A stretch of DNA of 64,000 bases. Source: Octopus vulgaris (taxonomy: Eukaryota). Below, in pieces: positions 1 to 14,017 of this stretch. A program made the translations under genes and the position numbers. The DNA is taken from NCBI GenBank assembly GCA_951406725.2, contig OX597815.1:102920001-102984000 (forward strand). The letters run 5' to 3'. Numbering within the stretch: the stretch's first letter is position 1; every line of letters begins with the position of its first letter. Under the pieces are notes generated by a model. It ran no database searches, was not told the DNA's origin, and saw only the letters and a list, made by a program, of their open reading frames with translations.

Positions 1-880
1 ACGCATTGGTTGCTTGTTTGTATTCGCTTGACGAACTTTGTCCACGTTTCATTTGAAGGTGACGCGATCGTTTTCTTCATTTATTTGTTTTGGGGATAAT
101 GTTAAATAGAGAAGTGCCTGACGAAGAAAAGACATTCTGTTGTATTGAATTTATGTGCTGGGAGCCTGAAACGTGAAGGTGGCGTGTATCACGTGGTCCT
201 AGCTTTGCATAAATTCTTAGTCTGATGTCATGAGCATTTGGGCAATGCCTGCTTTTGATATATTCTCCACATAGTGTAAATGATGTAACGCTAACGATGA
301 CACTTGAGAATAAAGATTAAATGTTTTAAGGCAGCCCCAATAATTAAGATCAGTCATGCCTTTTACTTTTTAGTGAATGATCTCTGGAGTTATTCAATTC
401 TCGTAATGTTTTATTTGGTGTCGAGGGTGGATGTGGGTAGCAGTATTGTAGGAGTGGCCATATAAAGGAAAGAGAAGGGGAATGATGACATCTTGCTTTC
501 TGGACCCAAAATGTCTGAGGATCCAGGATTCACCTTGTGAGCCATTTCCACTTTATTTTTGATGTGGGCAATCCAGCTGAGATTGTTGTCAACAATCTCT
601 CCTATGTAACTGATACTGAATTCCTGAAGGAAAAGAGTATGGTTGCTTGAGCGCAGTCTTTTTACCAAAGGGCATGTGATCACATTTTCTCTTATTTAAC
701 CGTATGTTGTTTCTGCCCGCCCATTGGCTTACAGCCTGTAGAGTAGACTTGATTCAGTTCGGTCTTCTACGATGATTTTCTGGAGCTTGAAGTCATCTAC
801 TTATATTTTTATTCTGCTGTGTTTGATAACACTTGATATGTCATTTACATAGACTATAAAAAAAGTGGGCTTATACAGTA
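1..880 (-). mobile_element. Degenerate CR1/L2-like LINE reverse transcriptase 3' fragment
   Basis: Minus-strand translation across frameshifts gives FFIVYVNDISSVIKHSRIKI*VDDFKL, LQAVSQWAGRNNIRLNKRKCDHMPFG and YIGEIVDNNLSWIAHIK, matching the xADD and thumb motifs of CR1/L2-type RT. Confidence 0.7.
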
Positions 881-1026
881 TACTTTTCCTAAGGCATTAG
901 ATAAAAATTGGGCACAGTAATTAATTACAGAAATTACATAGAACAAAGTTAGCGTGAATATTGGTCGGGATGATACGTTCAGCTTCGCTATTATTAATAG
1001 AACTCATATTGGAATCGGGTACATCA

Positions 1027-1345
1027 CTAGGTTGTTAAATTCACATATATTGTGTTGCTATTATTTAGATGCCTAGAAGATGCAGTATTAAATGGAAAGT
1101 TAATTTTAGTCAATATGTAAGCTGCCCAGTTTAATTTACTACTGTTAAATCTTGCTATGTACTCAACAATATTAGGTATGTTAGTGTATGCCAGTTGAAC
1201 CGTGTGTCTACTGAAAATTTTATTATGTGGGCTAGGTTTAAAAACGTGTTTATCAAAAACTTGAAAAACTTTTCCAGACACATTAAAGCAGCATTTAGAC
1301 TAAAGGTGGGGTTGAACCACAAAATATTCTGGCGCAAACTATTTT
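1027..1345 (-). mobile_element. Penelope-like element fragment (RT C-terminus/linker)
   Basis: ORF pieces RQNILWFNPTFS and GKVFQVFDKHVF..PHNKIFSRHTVQLAYTNIPNI match the Penelope-type WFNPPFS...KIFNR.TVKxSYSCMPN motif. Confidence 0.75.
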
Positions 1346-2608
1346 TATTTTTAACTTTACGCTTACTCAGATGTTTTGCAGTAGAGCCTAAATAATTTGG
1401 CTATTATGGTAATTGCAATGATATCACCTCATGCAAATACAGAGTTACTAATTTTATTACAATGATATTATGCTGCTTCTTTCTACGTTCCTCCCTGTTT
1501 CATCCGTGAGCTTCGCCTATGAGTTATGCCTACATCATGAAAGGAGATTATAATCGGAATGTAGAAATATATATACACAGAGAGAGGGGGACGGAGAAAG
1601 TGAGACACAGAAACAAACCGTGAACAGTTGAATCAGTGAAGAAATACAGAAGGAAATAAGAGAGAGAGGGAATGGAGAAGGTCTCTATTATGCTGCATTT
1701 GTGTGTTAAAAACATAGGCACAGTCGAGATATTTGACATAATGAAACACTGGCATAAAGTTCTACTATTTCATGCCCTAAAAGATATATCGATAGATAGT
1801 TCAATTAAAGTGGAATAACCTTAGTTAACAAATAACTGTTACGTGTTCCAGATCAGAACTTGTGACCATGCTGGGGCAACGCAGTTATTCAGTTTTCCTT
1901 TGATATTAGGTTTAAATGCTTGTCGGTGTTATGAAATAAACAGACACACACATCAACAGAAGTGGAAGTAGATATGATAGTTACTCAGACTGACAAACTC
2001 ACAGACAGACAAACAAACACACAGACAGAAAACAAACAGGCAGACACACATGCCGGTACATAGATAGGTGAGCTTACCGATAAATAAAATGTTATGCAAA
2101 CAGAGAGATATATCAAATGATGTACAAACAGATATATCGCTGAAGAGAAGTGAAATGAAAATATTCTCAGTTGGTAAATAACTCGGATTAGCCTTTTTGA
2201 TGGTTGGGCAACGAACAGGGATATTTGTTTATTTAATTTTACTTTTTAAAATTTCCTGACTTAATGTATGTGTTTCAATACAATTAATTATCGCTTGCCC
2301 AACTGAAAGATCCACGTATCATACATAACGGTAGCGATGTACACATTGGCAGACGGATCTACGTGTCATACATACAGAAAGGATGTGAGACGATACGTGT
2401 GGTGTATCGAGCGTGTGATATGTAACGGTTTCGACAGGGAGCTATTTACTCTCAACAGTTAGCAGATAACCCGATATTTCTGTATAAAAGAGCAAAACCA
2501 TCTAATTAAGGGTAACCAACTTATGGGGTTCTAAAAGTATTTCACTTGGTATGAGTTCCACTTAAGTCAGAAACTTATTGGCACATTTATATTATAGTAG
2601 TGAGTACA

Positions 2609-2931
2609 GTGAAAGCGTGTGGCTTAGGGGTTAGGGTATTCGGCTCACTATTGTAAGGTCTTGATTTCAATTCCCGGTGACAAGTTGTATCCTTGAGCAA
2701 GACACTGTATTTCACGTTGCTCCCGTCAACTTAGCTGGCAAAAATGAGTAGCACCTATATTTTAAAGGGCCAGCCTTGTCACACTGTGTCACGCTGAATC
2801 TCCTTCAGAATTACGTTAAGGGCACACGTGTCTGTGGAGTACACAACCGCTTACATGTTAATTTCACGAATAGGCAGTTCCGATTATCGGATCAACTGGA
2901 ACTCCCGTCGTCGTAACTGACGGAGTACCAG
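2609..2931 (+). mobile_element. tRNA-derived SINE
   Basis: A-box-like TGGCTTAGGGG and B-box-like GATTTCAATTCC, then the core TCCTTGAGCAAGACACT..TTTCACGTTGC shared with the copy at 63388-63730. Confidence 0.75.
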
Positions 2932-5900
2932 TTATAGTAAGTACATCCATTTGAGAGCGCACATGTGTTTCTACAAATAAAGACCAGTGCATTTCTTACC
3001 TCGGTTAACAGACACAATGTTTTCCCAAATCTTCACTTGAACTATTTGTAGTTTTTTTTCTCTCTAACTAGACCATTAGGTGTAATTTTCTATATGTTTA
3101 TTCCTTTAAATAATCAGAAGAATGCCATTTTCCATTGTTAAATATGATTGCAAAATTGTTTTTCGTTCCTCAAGTTCTTTTATGTTAAGTTTTGCTCTAT
3201 TAGTAACAGCATTACAGAAAGTAATGTTCGTATATACATTTGATACAATATGTGTGCATGCCTGTGTATATGTATGCGTGTATGTGTATGTTTGTATGCG
3301 TATGTGTGTGAAATTTCGTGTATTGGATATTTTAACTCCCATATCCAGTAATGAAGTCATTTTTGTTCCATTATTCCCATACTCTTTAGTTTGTGTACAT
3401 CTTTTGACTAAAACAAGTTTTCCATTTATTTTGTTTAAAGTGAACTGTTCAGATTTTTTTTTACAGTATTTGAAAGAACTATCTGTTTGTTGTCCTCACT
3501 GACGCCATTATTTAATATATCCGAAGAGTAAACCAAACTATTAAAAGACTCATTTTCCTCGTTTATTTTGGTAAAAATAAACTCCAAAATTGCTTGGAAT
3601 GTCATGCTTTGTATAATCCAGATAAAAAATAATGATATTCATCTATTTTTGTCAGGGTAAATTATACTGAATTTCCTAGCTATCAAGAGAGCGACTTGGC
3701 AGATTGGGAATAAATAATAATGATACTGGTGGTGGTAATGATGATGATGATCAGGATGATGACAATAACAACTACAATCATGATGATGATGATGATAATA
3801 ATAATAATTAATGATAACAATAATAACAACAACAACAACAAAAATAATAATTGATAACAATAAAGACTCCTTTATTAAATACTAAAGGGTTACAGAAAGT
3901 TCAAATACGGTGCTATACGATGCAATTAAAAAGTGTGGAAACTCCACAAACCACAGCCACCCTGGTACTAGGGCAAGTACTCCGTCCTTATTTTCGTCCC
4001 TCTATCCATAATCACATGCTCAGAAACTACTGCAAAAAAAAATGTGCCTCTAAGCATTTTCCCTGAGTCACTAATGAGTTTCCCAGCTTGCCAACAAGAA
4101 CAATAAAATTAGTCTACAAGTGTTCGGACACCAGGCTCATAGACCTGGTCGGCACCGTTCTAATAGAATACGAAGCGTTGACAGGTGTTCAGACATATAC
4201 CTTTCTAAGCTAGAAAGGTGTGATTGGGCAAATGGAAATGGTTAAAAACGAAATGATTAAAGACGTTATGCAATGAGAAAAAAATTTGATAACAATTAAG
4301 CGTACACTAAGTTCTATAAAACGCATAATACTGCACACATGACCATAGTATTTGAGAAACTGCCCCCCCCCCCAATCTCTCACGCATGCGCTGGGAAACT
4401 CATCAGATACGTTGTGTGAGAGAAACACACGACACTGGTTTCTAGCCAAGCATCGGATTTACTGTATTCGAGGGTGTCACAAAAATTATCGGCGTAGAAC
4501 TTGACAAAAATTCCTCACGTCATGTACGCGGTTACGCAGTATATATCCATAATCTTCTTCTGTGCCTTTCACAATATCAGTCAGTTTTTTTATCAGTCAG
4601 TTCGTTCCTCACTTCTTCGTATCCCATCAGTAGTATAGTTTATCCTCCAGTCATTTGTTTCGAGAAGAACTGCATGCGAGTAGGGAGTGGCTTTTTATAC
4701 CCATTTTGCTTCCCATATGCTTACTTGAAACACATTTTCTGTCGTTTTTTTCTCAACTGTCCTTAACTTCTCTGGTGTTCACTTTCAATTTCATCTTCAT
4801 TATGGCGAAATGTTGGGGCGACGTTACTTACCATGAAAGGCCAACACGAATTCTTATGATGTCTCCGAACAGAGCTGAGTTGCGCTGGGCATAGCAGCTA
4901 TAGCTACGCTCTCTTGGTTTTTCATTTTGCTTGTAGAACACTTTTGGGCAGAATGCTTTGGAATAGTACTTATTGCCAAAAGTGAAACACTTGCACTTTC
5001 CTCCTTCAGCGACCATTCTTATAACATTTCTTTTCGCATCCACTAGAAAATATGTCTTGCATCGATTTGTGTTCAAGTGACATATTAATATGCAAGCTTT
5101 GGTGACATATATATATCCATAGAGCTTTCATTCAGCCACGAACAGTCGAACGTCTAGTCAGTACTGACCTCTACCTGTATAGTGTCACAGTGAAGGCAAG
5201 AACTGGAGACTAACACTGATGCTTTTTACGGTAGCTGCCAGGTTTCTTCAACCTGAAAATTGTATTATTCTATAGTTAGGTGTATTGCACACGAACTTAG
5301 CTTATCCCTTAGTTCCATCCTCAGCATTATCAATATCACATATATCAAAACACACATGCACATATGCGCACGGGCACGCTCACACGCACGCGCTGACACA
5401 CACGCATACATACACACACACACACACACATAATCTCTCCTTCTTCCTCTGTTTCTATCTCTGTCGAAGTTGAGAGGTACTGATATGCTTCTTGTCACAG
5501 AAGTCTACTAGATTAGATTTACTTTCTCAGATATTCATATTTTGGTTCGTCTGATTAAAGTATCCCGAACAAAACAAGAAAGGCTGGAAAGGCTTTCATT
5601 TTACTTTTATTCAGATTCGCCTTTCCTTCTGCTGCATTTTCCATTATTTTTCTTCTTTTGACAAGTGTATGTTATATACGCTTTGTGCGTTTTGGTATTG
5701 TCATGGTTACCGTACTTTATACTATACTAATTTGCATTCCAGGACACTGAAAATTTCTTATTTTGTGTGCTTGTGAGTAATTCAATTGTTTTATTGTCAA
5801 TTCTCTTCACTGAGCTTTTAGAATTCGTTTTTAAAAAAATTACTTTGTGGTTTCGAAGACTAAATGGATGTTATTTTTTTTTTTTGTCACAGGAGAAATT

Positions 5901-6189
5901 TCGTGCTATACACTTTCATGGTTTTAGGTATTATTTTTTTAGTAGAAGAAATCATATCGAAATTTACTGTAGATAATAAATTCCGGAAACTAAAATAAAT
6001 AAATCAAGTGACATTTTAAATAGATATTCTCTGGACCTCAGATATTGAAAAACAGATTAACGCTACTCCAAAAATTGCTTGCAAAATGATATATAGTAAA
6101 TCTATATCATGATTTGAAGTTATATAATAATCCAGTTTCTTCGGGAGATATCCTTTTACAACATCAACAGTAATAGCAGCAGCAACAGC

Positions 6190-8113
6190 GTCAGTTCAAT
6201 AAGAGAAGAAGTGGTGAGTGAGAAGCAACCAGATCAAAGATTAACTAGTGCATCAATGATTAAAGTGTTAGGAAGAATGCCGAATTGGATGGGCCCAGGA
6301 CCAGATTTAGTTCAAGGATACTGGGTTAAGAAATTCCGTTAGCTTAAGTGGTAGGCTGAGGGAACAATTTCAGGATTGCCTTAATCGAAGAATAATACCA
6401 GATTTGGATGATTAGAGAAAGGACAATACTCATTATGAATGATAGGGGCCGGGGTAATACAGCTAGCAACTATAGACCAATCACTTACCATTAGTGTGGA
6501 AGCTATTAACAAGAATGCTTTCAGAAAGCATCTACGAGCCCTTTGTCAGCCAGACAAGAACCGAAAGGTTGCAGGAAGAAGGCTAGAGGAACACATGATC
6601 TATTACATATAGACAAAGAAGTTCTACATGAAGTACAAGCTAGAAAGAAAAATCTAACAATAACATGGATAGATTACATGAAATCCTATGACATGATCCC
6701 ACACTCAAGGATAAGTGAATGTTTGAGTATATTGAGTATAGCAGAAAACATAACAGAATTAATTAGCTTTAGCATGAGTGTGTCACTCTACTCAGGTGAC
6801 ACACTCTTAGGGAAAGTTAATTTCAAAAGACGTATTTTACAGTGGAGTTCGTTGTCCCCTTTAATATTTGTCTTATGTTTGATCCCCCTCAGTTTAGTAT
6901 TAAGGAAGGCACAGGCAGGGTTTCTGTTCAGAAATAGTAATGGAAAAATTAACCATAGATGATTTGAAACTTTTTAGTAAGAAGGGAAAAGAGATTCCTT
7001 AATACAGACTGTAAGACTCTTCAGATAAGATATAGGCATGAAATTTGGCATAGGTAAGTGTGAAATATAAGTCATGAGAAGTGGACAGGGAGTGAACAAC
7101 GAAGGCATCCAATTACCAGATGGCCAGACATTAGAATCATTGAAAGGAGGAGAGAGTTATAAGTATCTAGGAGTATTAGAATCTGACAGAGTAATAACTA
7201 CAAAAATGAAAACGAAAATTAAGGAGTACATCAGAAGGGTGAGGAAGCTAATGAAATCAAAGCTAATTGGTCCGAATCTAGGGAAGGTTTAAATACTTGG
7301 GCAGTATCATTACTTAGATACTCAGCAGCTTTTGTAGATTGTGCAAAAATTGCATTAGCAAAGCTATACAGAAGAACTAGGGAATAATTCAATATGAATG
7401 GAGGACTCCACCCAAGGAGTAATGGAAAATCTTGTTAAGATTATCCCAACCGAGAAAAGGTGGAAATAGAAGACTACGTGGAGTTAGAGTAGATACAGAC
7501 TGCTATGTAGGTAATAGTGAAGAAGGCACCACGACAACATAGAAGGCACCACGACAACATAGAAGGCACCACGACAACATATTGGACACTTTGCAACAAC
7601 TATGAACTTGACAGAGCAAAAAATTGTACGACCACAAACCCGAAGGCATCATCGAAAATGATAATGCCAAGAACCTGTGGGATTTTATTCAGTGCAACCA
7701 TGAGATAGAGAATAGGAAGCCAGACATAGTGTTAATTGAGAAGGAAAGCAAACAGTGCTGGATCATAGATATAGCATGCCCAGCTGACAACAAGGTATGC
7801 GAAAAGGAAGAGAGAAAATCAAATCGAGAGATATGACAGGTTAGCTTGGGATGTTAAGCAGTTGTGGTCGCTGAAAAAGGTGGCAGTAGTAACATTAACT
7901 GTCGGAACCTTGGCAAGAGTGGGTAAAAATCTTGAGAAGTACATAGAACAAATAGGGGGTGCAATAAGGGTGGAGTACCTGCAGAAAACAGCACTGCTAG
8001 GAACTGTTCCGGAAGGTGCTCGAAAAATAAGAGGTGCTACATTAGTTCACTGGTAGTGAACAGCTGACACCGTAGTACATCTCCAGCGTTAGAAGCTGAA
8101 GCTTTGCAAAGGC
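6190..8113 (+). mobile_element. Dong/R4-type (REL-endonuclease) non-LTR retrotransposon, degenerate, apparently chimeric, with (TAA)n tail
   Basis: RT motifs MPNW.GPGPDLVQGYW, WIDYMKSYDMIPH, SLSPLIFVLCLIPLS and YKYLGVLE; REL motif NRKPDIVLIEKESKQCWIIDIACP; followed by (TAA)n/(CAA)n at 8114-8224. Confidence 0.85.
7521..7580 (+). repeat. 3 x 20-bp perfect tandem repeat (AGAAGGCACCACGACAACAT)
   Basis: Directly visible; lies at an internal junction of the Dong/R4 element. Confidence 0.95.
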
Positions 8114-8131
8114 AATAATAATAAAAATAAA

Positions 8132-8203
<72 letters not shown>

Positions 8204-8224
8204 AATGATAATAATAATAATAAT

Positions 8225-9592
8225 TTGTTTATTAGCCACGTGGGTTTACATTATGTACAGCGCAGGACAAAACAAAAAAAAATATGTATGTGTGTGTATG
8301 TAGTAGTTGTGAGGGCTTTGCGTGTAAACAAGTCTAATAAAATTGCTTAAAACGTGCTCAGCAATGTGTGACCCGAATTAGGTAGGAGATGTTCGAGGGC
8401 TCATTATGGAAAGACCCCATAAAAAGTATGGGTACCCTGACTTTTGGGGTAGGTACCTTTTTTCATTTCCTTTCCTCTTTCCAACTACAGGCGTATACTC
8501 AGGGCAGGCCAGTTTACTCGTACCATTCTCGTCCCTTCTTATTCCAACGTTCGGCATACTGACTAAAAGACAGCACATCTCTTTCTACTTTTATTTTCCT
8601 TTTCAAGTGAAACTGGATGAAGTTCATGAGGGATTGACCAAAGAGAAAAATGTTTGTCTTCAGTTCCTTTAATTTCGTCCACCATATCTTCTTTTGCCAT
8701 TCCTTTTCCGTTAAGGAAGGTGACAGGGCGATCTTTACGATGAATTCAGTTGATTGCCGGATCCGTCCCACACACTACTGCTGGCGTTCGACATAAACCC
8801 ACAGGTCAGCAATGCCCGGCAATGGACGAGTGCATGCAGGAACGTCTCGTCGTCCTGCACGCATCACGGACATGCTCGGCTGATGGCACTTCCGTGGTTG
8901 TACAGTTTATCTTGAACAGACAAAGTTCCTCGGTAGCACTGCCAGGCTAAAGATTTTTGAAAATTATCCATCGGTCCCGCCCCGAAAGCTCTCCGGAAAA
9001 GAGCGACTAGCTGATTATTTTCGACGCCCAAGGTCTCTCCAAGAACGTGGCCGCACTTTTCCCCCACTAATCCTTTATAAAAAGCTAAATTGGACGTTCC
9101 ACCTATTGCACTGTCCGATTGACTGAGGGCTGTGAGCGCTGGAAGACATTCCACTTTCCAAAAGTTCCCCTTCGGTCTCTGTTCTACCTAGCACTACCAC
9201 TCCGTTTAGGAAACTAGGTGTGGAAATGCGTGTCTGACGAACGGTGACCACACTTGTTTACTGTCAAGGAAGCACTGGAGATCTAACCTCAGTGCATGCC
9301 TGCGCATCATCAACCACGGCATGCCCAGTCCACCAGGCAGCGAATGCTGACAGCAGGTAAAGCACCTGACCATCGGGATGCGTCCATTCCACAAGAGGCG
9401 GAATAATATACGCTCCAGCGTAATCAGACGGTGACCAGGACAAAGCACAACGGTCAAATGACGGACATGATATACGCGTTAGCCACCTCTGCACGACATT
9501 TGAGAGATAGCTTTCTCTCGGCCCATTTCTTCCCCGTTACGTCGTCCTAGTTTTTGCCAATCTGGAGTTCCGAACCGAACCAGACTCCGAGA
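8225..9592 (-). mobile_element. L1/Tx1-like LINE, 3' part of ORF2 (RT thumb and zinc-binding region) plus 3' UTR
   Basis: LGVWFGSELQ, LERILFRLLWNGRIPMVR, GGLGMP and KSLAWQCYRGTLSVQDKL..C motifs; homologous to 19045-19680 and 39760-40540. Confidence 0.8.
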
Positions 9593-9773
9593 AAACGAGT
9601 GTAGGGAATATTTTGCCTCTAAACCAACTAAATGAATTGAGTTTCTGGTAAAACGATGGCAACAAACGATATCGTTTGACAGGATATATTTTGATGAATA
9701 AACGCTTCATGAGTGTAAATTGATTGAATTATTAAATAAATTTGAAATACGAAAATTCTTTGACTCAACCAGG

Positions 9774-9901
9774 TATGTATGTATACATGTATATATGTAT
9801 GTATGCATGAATGTATGTATGTATGTATGTATGTATGTATGTATGTATGTATGTATGTATGTATGTATGTATGTATGTATGTATGTATGTATGTATGTAT
9901 G
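9774..9901. repeat. (TATG)n microsatellite
   Basis: Direct. Confidence 0.95.
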
Positions 9902-10050
9902 TGTCTGTTTCTCTGGCGATCTATAAATTATCTAGTTATCTACTAGTCGATCTACATTTACTTACGTATAAACAAAGACATTTACATAAAGGCATATGTA
10001 TCCTTCATTTACGTAACTATGTATTTAACTTACTATCTTTCTCTATAAAA

Positions 10051-11708
10051 TTGGTTGCTGATGGTGATGTTGGGGTTGTCAAGGTTGGTACGATGAGCTG
10101 GTTAAGCGAGCATTTTGGTGTTGGCTATGTTCACTTTCAGGCCGAAGGTTTGATAAACTCTGCTGAAGTTGTTTGTTGAGGTTTGGAGGTCCTCTGCAGT
10201 TGAAGCTGGGACTGCGTTATCATCAGCGTATTGAATCTCAGTGATCTTGTGCTCTCGACAGTGACATATTGATCGGAAACGCGAGATGTTGAAAAGTCCG
10301 CCATCAAATCTACATCTGAGTTCCACTCCAGGGTTGTCTGTTGGAATCTCGGAGAGCATGGCAGCGATTTAGAGAGAAAACAGGGTTGGAACAAGAACAC
10401 ATCCCTGCTTCAGGCCACAGGTGATGTTGATTTCTTCAGAGATGTCAGAATGATAAAGGACTCTTCCCCTCATTTCATCATGGAAACACTTGATCAGCGA
10501 AATGAAGCCTCCAGGACAACCGTAACGATGCAGGATATCCCACATGACCTCTCTTGGGACACTGTCGAAAGTTTTCTCCAAGTCGTAGAAGATGAAAAAG
10601 ACAGGTTTCTGCTGCTCCTCGCACTTCCCCTGGATCTGACGTGCACAAAAGATCATGTCGATGGTACCTCTTGACCTTCTGAAACTACACTGTGGCTCAG
10701 GAAAGTCTGACTCAGCTACTACTTGGAGATGTAACAAGATTAGGCGATAACCTTGCCTGCGATTGAAATCAGAGAGATGCCACGATAGTTGCCACAAAGG
10801 CTCCTATCCCTTTTCTTGTAGATGGTAACAATAACTGCATCTTTGAGATCTTGAGGAAACCGATCAATTGAGGTCATCGAGGACTTCTGCTATCTTGAAA
10901 GTTTTCTGTTACCCACTGTAAGGATATCGAACATCGCATCCAATCAGGTCATACCCCTTTTGGTCGTCTCAAAACCAGAGTATTTTGCAACAAGGATCTG
11001 ACATTCAAAACGATGCTCATGGTCTATCGGGCTGTTGTCGTATCAACTCTGCTCTACGGGTGTGAAACCTGGACTGTTTACCGTAAGTATATGAAGAAAC
11101 TAGAGCGGTTCCATCAATCCAAAGTCGCTCTATCCTGAACATCAACTGGAAAGATCGCATCAGCAGCAACTCTGTGCTTGAAAGATAAGGTCTCCTGGGC
11201 ATCGAAGCCTTGGTCATTGAACATCGTCTCCAATGGTCAGGTCATGCCCGTCGGATAAATGAGCATCGCCTTCCCAAGGTCTGTCTCTACAGTGAACTGT
11301 CTGAATGAAAACGTCCTCGTGGAGCCCTCTTGAGGCGGTACAAAGACCAACTCAAATCAACCATGAAAAGCACCAGCATCGACCCCGTACACTGGGAAGA
11401 TATCTCGGCAAACAGACTCCTCTGGAGACACACCATCGAAACGGGTTCTGAGGACTTCGAGAAAGCCCGAGTTGCAAGAGCTGAACAAGTTGCAAGAGTA
11501 AACAGCGCGTTCTCCTTCCCAAACCAGCCCCTTCTATCCCTTGTCCGCAATGTCCCCGTATGTTTCATGCAACTCTTGGATTGCGGAGCCCTATGCGGTT
11601 CAAACACCCAGGAAAATGAACTGAATTGCAAGCTTGGAAACACGAGACACGGCCAACTAACTAACTAACTAACTGACTGACTGACTGACTAATTAACTAA
11701 CTAACTAA
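10051..11708 (+). mobile_element. RTE-clade LINE, 5'-truncated, with 5' inversion (10051-10860 inverted), (ACTA)n tail and 11-bp TSD
   Basis: Minus arm: PEPQCSFRRSRGTIDMIF, DLEKTFDSVPR, GLKQGCVL, QYADD. Plus arm: IEVIEDFCYL, TLLYGCETW, RYKDQLK. TCTCTATAAAA occurs at 10040-10050 and 11709-11719. Confidence 0.9.
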
Positions 11709-12363
11709 TCTCTATAAAAGCATATTTTTAGAAAAACATGCATCCATACATACATTTATAAATTTTATATCCGCATACATAGACTAATACATTTGTGTGA
11801 CCCCTCTTCTAACAGTTGTTCTCAATATTTATGTCTTAACATAAAAATGAAATAAAATTACATCATGAAAATCTAAATGTCTTGATGACTCTTGTAATAA
11901 ACGCTTTATGTAAAAGAAAAGTAAGTAGTTCTATATTTTCATTTAATATGAGTCATTTACGTATAAAAAATACAAATATATAAATATACGTTTTTTTTTT
12001 GTAAAGCAAATCGTTATTCATGTCTTATATCGATTTATTAGTGTATAATTATCAATGACTTTAATTAGGTTCTTATGCAGTTCAATAAGATGAGATGTCC
12101 ACCCGTAATTAGTTTTAAGTTTGCGTATATGTACTAATTCAGATCTGTCGGAAAGCATTTGTTGTCGTGAAACTGTTTCAGTTTCCAATTAGAGGTCCTT
12201 GTATTAAGATTCGCCAATTGATATCTACATCTAAGTTTTGAATAATTAGAAAATATACGAAACTACATAATAATTAATTGCTATAGATAGAAGTGGACAG
12301 GATTTCAAAACATTTCATTTGTTAGTTCATGACGCAAATTGCATCTGCAAAACAATTACTATC

Positions 12364-12400
<37 letters not shown>

Positions 12401-12731
12401 TATATGAATTAAATACAGAAAACAGATAAACATATTATACTTCCTAATGAAGCTTATGAGAGAGTAGATAAGAGTATTAAAATGGAAACTCAAATGAAAA
12501 TGTAAATATACATACACGTTTTGTCCGAGAAAATGCTCATACATACACGGAACCTAAGTATTAATATCTGATGTCGCATAATGAAAAATTACACGTACAT
12601 GGTATCATAATAAAGTTTTTCCTAATCCTCTCTGTTCAATAAAGTCAATCTCACCCCCAAGTCAGTAAAGATATTGAGATTAAATGATAACTGGATCCGT
12701 CTTCCTCACCCCATTCTCGTATGTGCGCTTG

Positions 12732-12732
<1 letters not shown>

Positions 12733-12807
<75 letters not shown>

Positions 12808-12825
12808 GACGTGTGTGTATGCATG

Positions 12826-12888
<63 letters not shown>

Positions 12889-12912
12889 TGTCTGTATATA
12901 TATATATATATA
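12733..12912. repeat. (TATC)n and (TA)n microsatellites
   Basis: Direct. Confidence 0.9.
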
Positions 12913-13109
12913 AGAAAATGGAGGGGATCAAGAGGTGGTATTCGTCAACTTTTAGACATTATATTATGTCTATTTATTTTTTTAAAATCACAGTTATAAC
13001 AATATAACAATATACATACATGTGTAACATATGCTTTTCATATATAATATATAAAAATACCAGTACACCAGTAATTTAGTAAAATATATAACGTAGAGCA
13101 TAGAAAGTA

Positions 13110-13110
<1 letters not shown>

Positions 13111-13196
<86 letters not shown>
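13111..13196. repeat. (TA)n microsatellite, left flank of the ribozyme array
   Basis: Direct. Confidence 0.95.
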
Positions 13197-13198
<2 letters not shown>

Positions 13199-13423
13199 CA
13201 ATACAATATAGGGTGCCAAAAAAATTTTGTAGAATTCTTTTGCCACCAGCGGCCTAGTGGGAAAAAATTAAATAGTCATAAACCATTTTTAAGTTCAACA
13301 TAACAATCAAGGAACGGCCATAATAGGCCATTCACCCACTAGAAATAACATCCAAAAGCTTTAACCGCAAAATAACATTAATTCCGTAAACCAGGAGAAA
13401 ATTGAAAAACATTTACCCTGTAA

Positions 13424-13528
13424 TTTCTTAGACGATGCACCGTTTCATCTACCGTTTAATGGTAAACTAACCTGATTAAATTAAATCAAGCCAATCCACC
13501 ATAGGCCCTTAGACTCATCAGTAAGAAA
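13424..13528 (-). ncRNA. Type I hammerhead ribozyme (copy 1)
   Basis: Reverse complement of the motif at 14558-14662. Confidence 0.85.
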
Positions 13529-13912
13529 TAGCCAAGTCGGGACAGATATTTTTCACGAGGCATTCCTCTTGCTACCTCGGCAATATCTGACCTAAAATTT
13601 TCAAATCGTCGCACTCGCGCCAAATTTATCGGCAGCAAATAAATATAAGCCACCGATTCCATTACGGAACTAACCAGAAAATTCATAATTAATCAATATA
13701 GGGTGGCAAAAATATTTTGTAGAATTCTTTTGCCACCAGCGGCCTAGTGGGAAAAAATTAAATAGTCATAAACCATTTTTAAGTTCAACATAACAATCAA
13801 GGAACGGCATAATAGGCCATTCACCCACTAGAAATAACAGCCAAAAGCTTTAACCGCAAAATAACATTAATTCCGTAAACCAGGAGAAAATTGAAAAACA
13901 TTTACCCTGTAA

Positions 13913-14017
13913 TTTCTTAGACGATGCACCGTTTCATCTACCGTTTAATGGTAAACTAACCTGATTAAATTAAATCAAGCCAATCCACCATAGGCCCTTA
14001 GACTCATCAGTAAGAAA
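13913..14017 (-). ncRNA. Type I hammerhead ribozyme (copy 2)
   Basis: Reverse complement of the motif at 14558-14662. Confidence 0.85.

Noticed and set aside
2609-2680. tRNA gene (also 63660-63730)
   Set aside because: A/B boxes continue into SINE core sequence and no cloverleaf is intact.
4650-5100. Possible Tigger/pogo transposase relic on the minus strand
   Set aside because: Only vague similarity (DAKRNVIRMV..GG); no TIRs found.
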